Shown here: one piece after another, positions 1 through 12,912 of the stretch
Position numbering within the stretch: the stretch's first letter is position 1
Layout: each line of letters starts with the position of its first letter
Source of the DNA: Macrostomum hystrix
Taxonomy: Eukaryota > Animalia > Platyhelminthes
Length of the DNA stretch: 64,000 nt
Direction of reading: 5' to 3'
Assembly (NCBI GenBank): GCA_950097015.1
Contig: CATNEN010000039.1
Location: forward strand, 16,616,001-16,680,000
Position numbers and translations under genes: made by a program
The notes under the pieces: generated by a model
Databases searched by the model: none
Seen by the model: the letters and a program-made list of their open reading frames with translations, nothing else
Told to the model about the DNA's origin: nothing

Positions 1-3000
1 TGGATTATTTGTTAAACGGACAAGCTTAGCTGAGCAGCCACGACTGCCGCAGACAACAGTCAAAGACTCGGATAGTTTAGCTCGCTCTACTGTGACCTTG
101 TCCAGTTTGTCCTGGGTGGCTAAACGGACAGCCTCCGGCATGCCGGCACCAGGAGCGTCGAGTTGTTCGCGCAGTTTAGCAGCCTGCTTGTCCAATGCTT
201 CAATGCGAGAGGCAAGCCTAGCGGCCTCCTTAGTTAAGTCGATAGCACCGGCAAGAACCAAGTGCAATTCCGCCCTATCATTCAAAGTGTTGACGGCGCA
301 GATCTCAGTTGGCCTATTAGTTGAGCATTCAACAATGGACGAGTTGGACAGGCTGCACAATGGCTTCTGTTCGCGTTGGACCAGCGCGGCCAAGTCTTTA
401 TCGGCGGTGACCAGGACAGCTCGTGTGCGCTGCTTGCCAGTTAGTTGGTAATCTCCGCGAAGACTGCGCACCGCCTGCGGATTACAGCGAGTAGTGTGGG
501 CATGCGGCATGACAATAGTCAGTAGATGTACTAATGGACTAGTCTGTAAATGTACTAATTGACTAGTCTGTAGATTTACTAATTGACTAGTCTGTAGATG
601 TACTAATTAATTTGTCTGTAGATCGACAAAGTGACTAGTCCGTAGATTTACTAATTGAGTAGTCTGTAGATTTACTACTGGACTAATCTGTAGATGTACT
701 AAATAACTAGTCTGTAGATGTACTAAATAACTAGTCTGTAGATGTACTAACTAACTAGTCTGTAGATTTACTAATTGACTAGTCTGTAGATTTAATAAAT
801 AACTAGTCTGTAGATTTACTAATGGACTAGTCTGTAAATTTATCTATAAATTAACCTGTGGATATATCCACAAACAAGTCTGTGGATATCTGTTCAAATT
901 AGTCTGTAGATTAGTTATACAATGCCAACCTTAATAATCTTGATGAGCTGGTCCACCTCAGCCTCGCACTGGTCCTTTCTGTACCAGTGAAATTCTCCAA
1001 TGATAGGAAACTCGGCAACGCACAGGCTAGGCTCGGAGAACTGCGGCGTTGGCGGATGACGCGGCAGGCGCTGCCAGAGCTCCTCGGTGATGAATGGCAT
1101 GAACGGGTGAGCCAGACGAAGGCCCGTATCGCAGCAGACGTAGAGGATGTGCCGGATTAGGTCGGCGTCGTAATCTGGATCTCGCAGAGCCAGCTTAGAG
1201 TATTCCAGGTAGACATCGCAGAAGTCGTACAGCCAGAAGTTGTAGCAGGCTGTGGTGGCCGACTGCAGGGGGGGGCGAAATGTTGATGGGTGAGATAATT
1301 GTGGGGTAGATATTGGGTAGTGGGTCAGAACATTGTGGGGTAGATATAGGATAGTGGATCAGACAATTGTGGGGTAGATATTGGATAGTGGGTCAGATAA
1401 TTGTGGGGTAGATATTGGGTAGTGGGTCAGATAATTGTGGGGTAGATATAGGGTAGTGGATCAGACAATTGTGGGGTAGATATTGGATAGTGGGTCAGAT
1501 AATTGTGGGGTAGATATTGGGTAGTGGATCAGACAATTGTGGGGTAGATATTGGGTAGTGGATCAGACAATTGTGGGGTAGATATTGGATAGTGGGTCAG
1601 ATAATTGTGGGGTAGATATAGGATAGTGGGTCAGATAATTGTGAGGTAGATGTAGGATAGTGGGTCAGATCATTGTGGGGTAGATATTGGGTAGTGGGAC
1701 AGATAATTGTGGGGTAGATAGGGTAGTTGCGGGGTAGATTAAGCAGTGGCACAGGTGATCACACACAAACCTGGAGGTCGTAGGCCTCCAGTCCGCCGTG
1801 TACAGTGCGCACAGTGTAGGCCAGTCGGGACAGAATCCACTGATCCAGAGTGCTGCCAATCCGATGAGGCAGATGAGTGTCGGGCAGCTGGAATAAGTCG
1901 CCGAGGCACATCAACACGTAGCGCACTGCCTGCCAGATTTTGTTGCAGAAGAATCTGTAGCCTTGAACACGGAGCACGTCTAGATTGATGTCGCGACCCT
2001 GAGAAGTGTAGGCGCACAGGGCGAATCGAAGGGCGTCAGTGCCGCATTCAGGAATGCCGTTCGGATAATCCTCCTTCTGGCACTGGCGCGCCCGATCGAT
2101 CTCGCGACGGTCCAGGTTCGAATCCTCCAGCTGGGCATGGAGAGCCTAGCGAAGTGAATTTTTTTTTCGTTAGCGTTGCAGTTTATGGTCGGTCCAATAA
2201 ATAATAATGCACTTGGTTCAGAAACCTTCGTTAATTTCAGAACTTGCGTTACTTTCAGAACTTGCGTTACTTCCAAAACGTGCGTTACTTTCATAACTCG
2301 CGTTACTTCCTTTTATCATCTCGTTACTAATGTATTTAATAACTCAGAACTTTATTTATAATTGATAAAAAACGCTACAAACCTCAAGTGTGATGCCATT
2401 AATGACATCCATTGGATCGATAACGTTGCCCTTAGATTTAGACATTTTCTGTCCGTGCGAGTCGCGCACAATGGCGTGCAAATAGACGTAGCGAAACGGC
2501 AGCTTGTCCATGAGGGTCAGACCGGCCATGACCATCCTGGCCACCCAGAAGAATAGAATGTCGTGCCCAGTCTCCAGCAGTGTGCCAGGATAGAATGTGC
2601 TCAGATCCAGAGTCTGGTCTGGCCAATCGAAAATGCTGAATGGGAATAGCTGGGAGCTGAACCAGGTGTCCAGCACGTCCGGATCCTATGGCGAGGCGAG
2701 GATAAATTAAAGCGTCAGGTTAAGGTCAGCGCTTTTTGAAAACCGAAAGATTTCAGCTAAGAATGGATATATTTAGGAAAAATTTCAAACAATCCATTTT
2801 TCGATACATGTCGGCAGTTTTTACTAAATTAATTGCGGAAATTATCAAGTCCATGTTTTTAAACCGTTCATAACGCACTTTACTCCCCTATACCCAACTA
2901 TAATTCATCAAATAAGTTTCTTGAGGTAAAATTAACTTTGCTTTGAGATTTTTAACCACAAAAAATCACAACTATTTCGATACATATCGTCAAGTTGTGA

Positions 3001-6000
3001 CTTGTGTACTTAAAATATGAGTAATGGCAGACATTACGACGTAAACCTTTCATCGAATAATTTCTCTTTTGGGATGCTTCTTTAATTGCTGGGCCTTAAA
3101 AGACCAGAAAGATGTCATTAAACTTGCACTTCAATACCAATTAATAACATATTCGCAAGATTTTATGCATAAATAAGGATATTAACAATTATGAATACTT
3201 CATCTAAAACCATCCAAATCGCACTTTCGATACATATAGGCAATCGCCATTATTGCCTTTAAAACTCACCTGCTTCAATGTCAGTCTGCCTTCAGCAGCC
3301 TCCTTGGGCCATTTAGCCTTGGCTTGGCTCATCGCCTCGTCTTCGTTGCGTCCAATGAGCCAGGAGTCGCCGCTGTTTGGATCGCAGCCGTCAGCTGGCC
3401 GGCCGTCAATCATTGGCAGCCAGGCTGGCACCTGATGGCCCCACCAGAGCTGCCGGCTGACACACCAATCACGGCAATTGCTAAGCCAATCGCGCCAGAC
3501 CCGATTGTGATAGTCGGGAATGAGCTGCAGCTCGCCGGATTCAACAGCTTCCAAGGCGCGCTTGGCCATGCCGTCGCACCGGACATACCTGCAGAGTGCA
3601 CGATTCGTTAAATTTGCATTTTCTGATTTTAGCAGTGGGACTACTAAGGGAGGATTTCCCCCAGACAAAACGAAACGCTCGAGAACACTGGCAAACTTTT
3701 TGTTGCGCATCTTCTGAAATAAAAATCAAGTCTCCAGCTCTTCAGACCTTCGAGATGTTCAATGGTTCTGGCCGAAGGTCAGATTTTTCCCATAAGCACT
3801 AATGTATTTCATACACCACTTATACACGAAATAGCACTGCGAACTCGCCAGGCATTTGAAAATTTATCCGCATGTCACATGGATGCTCCTGCATTATCTC
3901 CCGCTTCGGTGGTCACCTACCTTCTTTATCTAGACGGAGCTGCTGGACCTTCAATGACTACAAGAGGTACTATGGACACCCTGATTCGCGTTTCTCAAAT
4001 TTCACTAATTAAGCATTTTAAATATTAGGCGCAGTACACCATCGTCTAGTCTGTCAACCAATCAGTCACCACCCAACGCTGTAAGCATTCAGGCACTGCC
4101 AAAAAAATTCATGCAGAAATTTGGCCTCGTTATAAAAACGGGCGGCAAAATGGCTTGGTAGTTCTACTTTTAGTAATGCAGCTATTGCACGGCGTATCTG
4201 AAAGCTGCGTACGGCTGTTCAGTCCATGGACTGGGGGCGACGCCACACCCGCCCTCAATTACCCCTGCTGACACTGGTGCCTATTTAACAGCTGGGTGAA
4301 CTGAAGCAATGCAGAGTCAAGTGTCTAGCTAAGGGACACAAAGGGGGTTGGTGGCAGAGCGGTTAACGCGTTTGCCTCTCGAACCAAGGTCCCTAAGTTC
4401 GATTCCACGGCGAGGCCGCATTCATTTGGGGCGCATTCGCGTAGAGAAGGCTTGGGGGCTTGTCGTGCAATTTACGCCCTTGAGGGCCAACCTTAATGAT
4501 ACAGTCAAAGTGTACACTGCCTGACGATGAGAAAGTCAGGGCAGATGTACACACCTGTGTGAGCGAATGCACAGGAGTCAGCGAGAAGGTGGCAGAATTG
4601 CAACATGGAGCTTAGTGAGTATTAAATAGATCTTTTTAAACTCACCACTGGGGTTTAATGAGTGGTTCAATGACATCCTTGCTGCGACTGCAGATGGGCA
4701 CCACCATAGGATTGTCCTGCTCGCCAATCCACAGGCCCTTGGCTTTCAAAGCTTCAACAACTCGGTCGCGAGCTTCAAATCTAGGCAAGCCGGAGAATTG
4801 TCCGCAATTATCGGCGATGAGGCCGTCCTCGCCGATGACGGTGATGAACGCCAGGTTGTTGCGCAGTCCGCATTCGAAATCGTTCGCATCGTGAGCCGGG
4901 GTGATTTTCACAGCGCCTGTGCCAAATTCGCGTTCAACAAAACTGTCGGCAACTATGCGCATCTCGCGATCAGGAAAGAACGGATGAACAATGCGACGGC
5001 CGTGCAGGTGTGTGTACCTGAGGATATGGGTGATTGGTGACTAAGCTTCCAGTATGCCTCACATAGGTTAGCGACTAAACTTTACAATCTTAATATGAGG
5101 GACTGGAGCTCTGAATCTAAACCGGGAGTTCTGATGGTCTCCTGAGTTTAGACCTGAAGTTCTGATGGTCTCCTGAGTTTAGACCTGAAGTTCTGATGGT
5201 CTCCTGAGTTTAGACCTGAAGTTCTGATGGTCTTCTGAATCTAAACCTGAAGTTCTGATGGTCTTCTGAATCTAAAACTGAAGTTCTGATGGTCTCCTGA
5301 GTTTAGACCTGAAGTTCTGATGGTCTTCTGAATCAAGACCTGAAGTTCTGATGGTCTTCTGAATCTAGACCTGAAGTTCTGATGGTCTTCTGAATCAAGA
5401 CCTGAAGTTCTGATGGTCTTCTGAATCTAGACCTGAAGTTCTGATGGTCTTCTGAATCAAGACCTGAAGTTCTGATGGTCTTCTGAATCTAGACCTGAAG
5501 TTCTGATGGTCTTCTGAATCTAGACCTGAAGTTCTGATGGTCTCCTGAATCTAGAACTGATGTTCTGATGGTCTTCTGAATCTAGACCTGAAGTTATGAT
5601 AGTCTTCTGAATCTAGACCTGAAGTTATGATAGTCTTCTGAATCTAGACCTGAAGTTCTGATGGTATTCTGAATCTAGACCTGAAGTTCTAGTGGTCTTC
5701 TGAATCTGTACCTGAAGTTCTGATGGTCTTCTGAATCAAGACCTGAAGTTCTGATGGTCTTCTGAATCTGTACCTGAAGTTCTGATGGTCCCCTGAGTCT
5801 AGACCTAAAGTTCTGATAACCTTGTGAATCTAAACCTGAAGTGCTGATGGTCTTCTGAATCTAGACCTGAAGTTCTGATGGTCTTCTGAATCTAGACCTG
5901 AAGTTCTGATGGTCTTCTGAATCTAAACCTGAAACTGAAGTTTTTTTTGGTCGAATTCTTAATTTCATTTGGTCCACAATGCCAGCCATTCTTTACCTTG

Positions 6001-7798
6001 TATCCTCTGGATGCACAGCCACAGCAGTATCGCCCAGCATAGTCTCAGGCCTAGTAGTGGCCACAATAATTTTCTCATCTGAATCGGCCAGCGGATAAGC
6101 GAATTGGGTCAGCACGCCAAAGTCAATCGGCTTCTCATAGCCTGGCACGTGAATAGCTTGGCGTTTAGTCAGCTCCTTCTTCTCCACTTCAATATCGGAG
6201 ATTGCGCTGCGCAGGGCGCAGGACCAGTTCACAAGGCGATTGGCTCTGTACATCAGGCCCATGCTGTGCATGCGAACGAATGCTTCAATAACAGCCCGGC
6301 TCATCTTTGGCTCCATTGTGAATCGAGCCCGGGACCAATCGCAGGAGCAGCCAAGGTGGCGCAACTGATAATAGATTCGGTCGCCTTTCTCGTGACGATA
6401 ACGCCAGACCTCTTGTTCGAATGCTTCCCGACCAAGATCGTGTCGGGTTAGACCGCGCTCTCGCATTAGCTTTTTTTCGACAACAACCTGTTTGTTATTT
6501 TTTTATTTAGCAAATAGAGGTCTAAAGATGTGGCATAGAATCTATTGATTACTGTTTGAAGTGTCATGTTTTTATTGTCCTTAGACAGTCCTAGACAACG
6601 TTGGATTGTCTCTAGACATAGTTAGATTGCGGGGGGGTCGGTGGCAGAGCGGTTATCGCGTAACTTGCCTCTCGCACCACGGTCCCTAAGTTCGATTCCG
6701 CGGCGAGGCCACATTTATTTGGGGCGCAGCCGCTGAGAAAAGGCTTGGGGGCTTGTCGTGCAATTTACGCCCTCGAGGGCCAACCTCCAAGGCACAGTAA
6801 AATGTACACTGTCTGACGATGAGAAAGTCAGGGCAGATGTACACACCTGTGTGAGCGTATGCCTGTGTACAGTATCTGTGTGCGTGTGTGCTCAGGAGTC
6901 AACGAAATGGGCAGAATCGCCTCCTCGCTGGCTGCGGGTCTAGTGTCACTAAATGATGTGCCATTGCCCGCAGCCCTCCTGCAATTATTATTATTATTAT
7001 TATCTCCGATTGTCTCTGGAAAATGTCCGATTGTCTCTAGACAATGATCGATTGTCTCTGGACAAAGTTCAATAGTTTCTAGATAGGGTTTGTTAGTCAA
7101 TAGATATAGATATAGATAGTTTTTTTAGACTTATGAAGAATACCTCTAAATTAAAATATATTGTCTGTACATACAAATTTACTGTCTCTAAGTCTATAAA
7201 AAACACAGCTGATGCTCACTCAAATTAGATAAATTGTTAGAACAACACCAACTAGCAATAGGGTACACACCTGGGTGGCAATGCCAGCGTGATCGCATCC
7301 GGGATTCCACAGAGTGGTCTCGCCGCGCATCCGATGCCATCTAGTCAGGGTGTCCTCGATGGCGCTAGTCAGAGCGTGCCCAATGTGAAGACCAGCAGTG
7401 ACATTTGGCGGCGGAATCACCATGGTGAATATGCCCTTGGGATTAGGCTTAGTAAAGTCTGGCTGATGATATTCAGGTTTAAAATAACCAGACGCTTCCC
7501 ACCATTCGTACCAGGCGGATTCAACGTAGCGCGGTTCGTAGGCTTCGGGCAGGGGACAGCTGGTGTCCTTGCGCTGGCCTGGCTCGTGATTCCACTTGTA
7601 CACAGCTGGTCCACTTGGCTCCGACTTGCCTGCCTTCTTCTTTGAAGGCTTTTGGACGGCCACCTGCTGCTCCTGCTGTTTCTGCTCCTGCTGTTTCTGC
7701 TCTTGTTGCTGCTTTTTAGCTTGAAATTTTGCTAATTTGGCAGCTTTCTCAGCTTCTTTCTTTAGCTTTTTCTTGTCAGCTTTTTCTTTGTCAGCCAT
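1..7798 (-). CDS. VARS1: Valyl-tRNA synthetase (cytosolic type), multi-exon, 3' end runs off window
   Basis: Phase-compatible GT-AG exons: 7798-7271, 6487-5997, 5017-4646, 3588-3270, 2685-2383, 2145-1771, 1262-930, 474-<1. Class I aaRS motifs [87 protein letters not shown]; C-terminal coiled-coil. No stop is seen before base 1. Confidence 0.96.
520..912. repeat. Minisatellite, 24-bp unit (ACTAATTGACTAGTCTGTAGATTT)
   Basis: Direct tandem repeats in a VARS intron. Confidence 0.9.
1285..1740. repeat. Minisatellite, 34-bp G-rich unit (GATAATTGTGGGGTAGATATTGGGTAGTGGGTCA)
   Basis: Tandem repeats in a VARS intron. Confidence 0.92.
2218..2330. repeat. Minisatellite, 18-bp unit (TTCAGAACTTGCGTTACT)
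   Basis: Short degenerate array in a VARS intron. Confidence 0.75.
3647..4030 (+). mobile_element. Single arm of the same MITE family in a VARS intron
   Basis: Colinear similarity to 22410-22720 (GTTCTGGCCGAAGGTC, GACGGAGCTGCTGGA, TATGGACACCCTGAT). Confidence 0.75.
4221..4341 (-). mobile_element. Fragment of a second SINE family (CORE/Meta-like central domain)
   Basis: Minus strand reads GTGTCCCTTAGCTAGACACTT..TTCACCCAGCTGTTAAATAGGCACC; shares GTCCATGGACT-GGGG..CAATTACCC..GCTGA with 49110-49165. Confidence 0.55.
4343..4605 (+). mobile_element. tRNA-derived SINE family A, copy 1 (3' deleted)
   Basis: A box TGGCAGAGCGG, B box GTTCGATTCC, shared body GGCTTGGGGGCTTGTCGTGCAATTTACGCCC. Confidence 0.85.
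5110..5935. repeat. Minisatellite, 31-bp unit (GAAGTTCTGATGGTCTTCTGAATCTAGACCT)
   Basis: About 26 tandem units in a VARS intron. Confidence 0.95.
6631..7002 (+). mobile_element. SINE family A, full-length copy with (TTA)n tail
   Basis: A/B boxes, conserved body, CTCCTGCAA(TTA)n tail; about 370 bp. Confidence 0.9.
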
Positions 7799-9174
7799 GT
7801 TTAAAATAGAATAGTCTTAAAAGGGATATTGTTCATTAGCTAATTACAAGGTATGGCAAGGAAGATTTTATTGTAAAACTCTAGAAAGTGACGAATACAC
7901 TGAATAAAAAAATTTAAGTGCACTAACCAATTTATACACTCAATGCATTGTCTATGCCAAACTGTCTTTTTTATTTGCATTTGATGATTAAACTTATCTA
8001 ACAAATGTGCCACAGATGATTAGGCCTCAGGTTTATCAAGGCTAGTTAGGCATGCAATGTATTAATTTACATATGGCAACTTACACAAATAGTTTACACA
8101 AATAAATTACAGCCACGGGTAAATATACTTTTTTAACCTTACTTTTGATACAATTATAGCCAGAATCAACAATGCTTCTAGAATAGAAGCAACAATGTAG
8201 AAAACAATATCTAATGTAAGCACTACAAACAAAATCCTTTTCATTGGAGTTTGTTTGCCTAGAATGTCTGTCATAACTGTTTTATTTGTTTACATTTGAT
8301 GCTTGCTCATTTTTTAATGTTAAATTTAATTATACAAAATAAACTGAACTGACTAAGCTGCAGTTACCCTACAGCATTAGATTGATGAAAGACCATATTA
8401 ATTATTATGACATTATGAAATTAAAATAGAGCCTATATGCTTAATAGAATTACTATGCACCATTCTAGGTCTATTGTAATATATTATTTATCCTATATAA
8501 CTAATGCATTGGCATTCATGATACTTTCAGTACTAGGCTAATGGTCTTCAATACTAGACTAATCTAAGCATATAATAAATACTGACAATGGAGTAGACTA
8601 TAGGCAAGGCAATGTTTTAGATTTCCTTGTTAATTATGTTAAAATGTTTCTAACTAACTCTAAGAGTTCTAACTAAGTATTAGGTAGAGTAGCCTAAGCT
8701 GAGTGTAATTTTTATTTTGATTCCAAATTATTATTATTTTTTTTGAGAGCAATATTGAGGATTAAGGGGCTCTAGTCTTTTTGTCTGCTGCTATCTTTTT
8801 TGCCAACAAATGAGTTGACATATTTGTAAGCCAATGAAATGAAATTCATGAGCAGATGAATAATTTAGATGCCCTTAGGCCTAATGTTTAGATACCCTAC
8901 AGACTAAAGTGATATAGACATAAAAGTACTTGATCAATATGAACTTGTGCATTGCAAATGCATTTTATCATAATGATCTTTTCTTATGTGAAAATTAAAG
9001 CCATAGCAGATGACTTTGTTTAAATTGTTTGATAAGCAGACGAGTTTGTATGAAGTTTCTTTTAAAGACAGGTTAATAACATAGGCCTACTAGTTGCCAG
9101 TTGGCAACAGACAAAAATACAAGAAACCCTATTTAGGAGTACTTAACTTCTGGGTTGCCACTACCCAGAGAACA

Positions 9175-9700
9175 ACTTACTTACTTGACTTAGCTGCAGG
9201 GTAGTCCATGGACGCAGCGGGGAGGCGAGGATCGCCCATACTGCTAACCCCTGTAGGCCCGCAGACAGGCAATGGCGCAGGGCTGGTCAGGGTGGTCCGC
9301 TGGTCCATCCTGCAGCGTCATCTTCTGTAGGGAAGAACGTGGCTTGTCTTGTTGCCCGGAGGAACTGGATGAGCCGTGGTATGCTGTTGGGCTGGCAGAT
9401 CTCATCTATAGACGGGTTGGGCCCTGAGGTAGCGTAGCCAGTCTCTGTTATAGAAAGGGCAGTGACACACAAAGTGCTCAGCATCTTTGTTGTCGTACTC
9501 ACAGAATGGGCAGAGTTCACTCTCAAGGTTGCCCCAGAGGAAACAGTGCCTAGCGAGGTAGCCGTGGCCCTTGAGGGTCATGGCGAGGGCGCGGATATCC
9601 TTCTGGTTTTTGTTCAAAAGGATATTCCTAAGCCTGCAAGACGGGCGCAGAACTGTGGCACGAGATTGCCGACAGTTCTGGGTGCCCACCCAAAGAGAAC
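9175..9700 (-). mobile_element. 5'-truncated non-LTR retrotransposon (LINE) 3' end, Loa/I-group-like
   Basis: Encodes CRQSR..RALAMTLKGHGYLARH..CPFCEYDNKDAEHFVCHCP (C-terminal CCHC knuckle) with a frameshift, then a GC-rich 3' UTR and a (TAAG)n-like tail at about 9175-9192. Confidence 0.75.
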
Positions 9701-11079
9701 AACTTTGGGGCTATCCTTTAGGCCTACTGGATCACAATTTATTGAACATTATCTATGCCATTTTAAAATATACTTGTGCAAAATCATAGTAAAGTTTAGT
9801 AATGTAAAGTTTAGCTTTAACACAATAAGTAGGCCCTAAAACTAACAAGTTAGGCCTAATATAAAAAGTAGCCCCACCCACTTTATAATCAACTCACACT
9901 ACTGAATATATAGAAGAAGGGCCTACTCTGCATGCTACGAGTATAGGCTAGGCCTATTATATCTTAGTGATCTAGTGTTTAAGGAATGGAGGCCCCCATA
10001 AAAATATTTATATGAGGAAATCTAGAAAATGGACATTTTGAAATATAGGCCTATTCATAGGCCTATATAATGCCAATTAGGCCTAGTATACTGTTGGTAG
10101 AGTATTTGCATCCCACTCTGTATAAAAAAATTAAACTGCTTTCATTTCACTATTCAATTTTGCATCATGCCATGCATGGCCTCAGAAAGGCATGAAGTTT
10201 CTAGAGATAAAGAGCTTTTTGGCTCAAAAATACAGAACCCACTTTCTGCTACTAACTCATACAGGCCTACGCATCATAATATCGACCACTTTATTTACTG
10301 AAACATAAGTCCAGGAAGTTTAGCATATAGGCCTAAACATCTGACGAAATCAAGCGAAACATCAGACTAAGTCTCTTCGTCATCCACCCACTGAGATATT
10401 GGACAGATCGTCATCTGGATGACGAAGTTGTAAGATGACGAAGTGTCCAGGATCGCAGTAGACGCTTTACAATTTGCACATCTGAAACAGAAAACTTTGC
10501 TAGTTTTTTTGCAAGTAAAAGGATAAATATATATATATATATTAAACACTTTTAAGAGTAAGGATCTATAAAAAAGCACAAAGCGCACTTACATTTTGCT
10601 TATAACTTTTAATCACGGACTTTTTGTCGTGATTAGCCTAGTCATAACTTTCAACGTCTTAGTGTTGTCAACAACGTTGTTTCTTTGATAGTCACGTTTT
10701 CAGTTGTGCTGTAGCCTATAGATTAGTACTAGCACACTAAGCCCCCCTTTGGGGGGCACTACTGTTCAAACAAAAATATTGTGTAATGCAGAAGGACAAA
10801 ATAAACCTGAAAGCAAACAAAAATGAAAACTCATGTCGTCAGTATTAATTTCCCTGATTGCAAATATACACTCGTATGTGATTGCGATTCAACGAAAATT
10901 TGAATTCTCACTAAATACAAAAATAGTCTGTCTGAGACATTCAGTCTGTACACCAAGAGCCCCATCGGGGCAAAATTACACAAGTAACTTACGTTGTTTG
11001 ATACAACTCAGCTTAATGCTACTTAAGTACATGTGAAAACTATCCCCTCAGCAGTAAAAAACCAGTGTCTCCCCAGCTG

Positions 11080-11570
11080 CAGAGAAGTAATTCCCCCCCC
11101 AGCAGCAAAGCGGTAATTCCCCCCAGCAGCAGAGCAGTAATTCCCCCCCCCCAGCAGCAGAGCAGTAATTCCCCCCCCCCAGCAGCAAAGCAGTAATTCC
11201 CCCCAGCAGCAGAGCAGTAATTCCTCCCCAGCAGCAAAGCAGTAATTCCCCCCCCCAGCAGCAAAGCAGTAATTCTCCCCCAGCAGCAGAGCAGTAATTC
11301 CCCCCCCCCCAGCAGCAGAGCAGTAATTCCCCCCCCAGCAGCAGAGCAGTAATTCCCCCCCCCAGCAGCAAAGCAGTAATTCCCCCCCAGCAGCAAAGCA
11401 GTAATTCCCCCCAGCAGCAGAGCAGTAATTCCTCCCCAGCAGCAGAGCAGTAATTCCCCCCCCCCAGCAGCAGAGCAGTAATTCCCCCCCAGCAGCAGAG
11501 CAGTAATCCCCCCAGCAGCAGAGCAGTAATTCCCCCCCAGCAGCAGAGCAGTAATTCCCACCAGCAGCAA
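11080..11570. repeat. Minisatellite (C)n-AGCAGCAGAGCAGTAATT with variable C-run
   Basis: Tandem array inside the Helitron. Confidence 0.93.
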
Positions 11571-12912
11571 AGAATACTGGTAAACCCACTTAGAAAACTG
11601 TTAAACACTTTTAGAAAACTTGTAAACACATTTAGAAAACTGGTAAACACATTTAGAAAGCAGTTAATCCACACTTAGAAAACTTTTAGACACATTTAGA
11701 GAACTATAAAACACATTTAGAATACCGAAACCCAGTTTTAGAAAACTGTTAAACAAATTTAGAATACTGGTAAACACATTTAGAAAACTGGTAAACACTT
11801 TTAGAATACTGGTAAACACATTTAGAAAACTGTTAATTAAAAACATTTAGAATACTGGTAAACACATTTAGAATACTGGTAAACACATTTAGAAAACTGG
11901 TAAACACTTTTAGAATACTGGTAAACACATTTAGAAAACTGTTAAAAACATTTAGAATACTGGTAAACACATTTAGAATACTGGTAAACACATTTAGAAT
12001 ACTGGTAAACACATTTAGAATACTGGTAAAAACATTTAAAATACTGGTAAACACATTTAGAATACTGGTAAACACATTTAAAATACGGTTAAAAACATTT
12101 AGAATACTGGTAAAAACATTTAGAAAACTGGTAAACACTTTTAGAATACTGGTAAACACTTTTAGAATACTGGTAAACACATTTAGAATACGGTTAAAAA
12201 CATTTAGAATACTGGTAAAAACATTTAGAAAACTGGTAAACACTTTTAGAATACTGGTAAACACATTTAGAATACTGGTAAACACTTTTAGAATTCTGGT
12301 AAAAACATTTAGAATACTGGTAAACACTTTTAGAATACTGGTAAACACTTTTAGAATACTGGTAAACACATTTAGAATACTGTTAAAAACATTTAGAATA
12401 CTGGTAAAAACATTTAGAATACTGATAAACACTTTTAGAATACTGGTAAAAACATTTAGAATACTGGTAAACACTTTTAGAATTCTGGTAAAAAAAACAT
12501 TTAGAATACTGGTAAACACTTTTAGAATACTGGTAAACACTTTTAGAATACTGGTAAACACTTTTAGAATACTGGTAAACACATTTAGAAAACTGGTAAA
12601 CACTTTTAGAATACTGGTAAACACATTTAGAATACTGGTAAAAACATTTAGAATACTGGTAAACACTTTTAGAATACTGGTAAACACATTTAGAATACTG
12701 TTAAAAACATTTAGAATACTGGTAAAAACATTTAGAATACTGGTAAACACTTTTAGAATACTGGTAAACACATTTAGAATACTGGTAAACACTTTTAGAA
12801 TACTGATAAACACTTTTAGAATACTGGTAAACACTTTTAGAATACTGGTAAACACATGTAGAAAACTGTAGGACATTTAAAAAACTGTTGGACATTTAAA
12901 AAACTGTTGGAC
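11571..12912. repeat. Minisatellite, 21-bp unit (TTTAGAATACTGGTAAACACA)
   Basis: About 60 tandem units inside the Helitron. Confidence 0.95.

Noticed and set aside
5110-5935. CRISPR-like regular 31-41-bp repeats (also 24722-26282)
   Set aside because: Units are head-to-tail with no unique spacers, there are no cas genes, and the context is eukaryotic.
6631-6710. Possible tRNA genes at the SINE heads
   Set aside because: A/B boxes are present but there is no complete acceptor stem or cloverleaf, and each is followed by the same body and tail, so they are SINEs.
9190-9230. GTCCATGGACT shared between the LINE 3' UTR and SINE-2 fragments (possible partner pair)
   Set aside because: Only about 11 bp of palindromic identity; insufficient without consensus sequences.
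11023-12895. Long ORFs (up to 347 aa) such as (VFTSILN)n and GGELLLCCW repeats
   Set aside because: Translations of minisatellites inside a putative Helitron; no splice or protein-family support.
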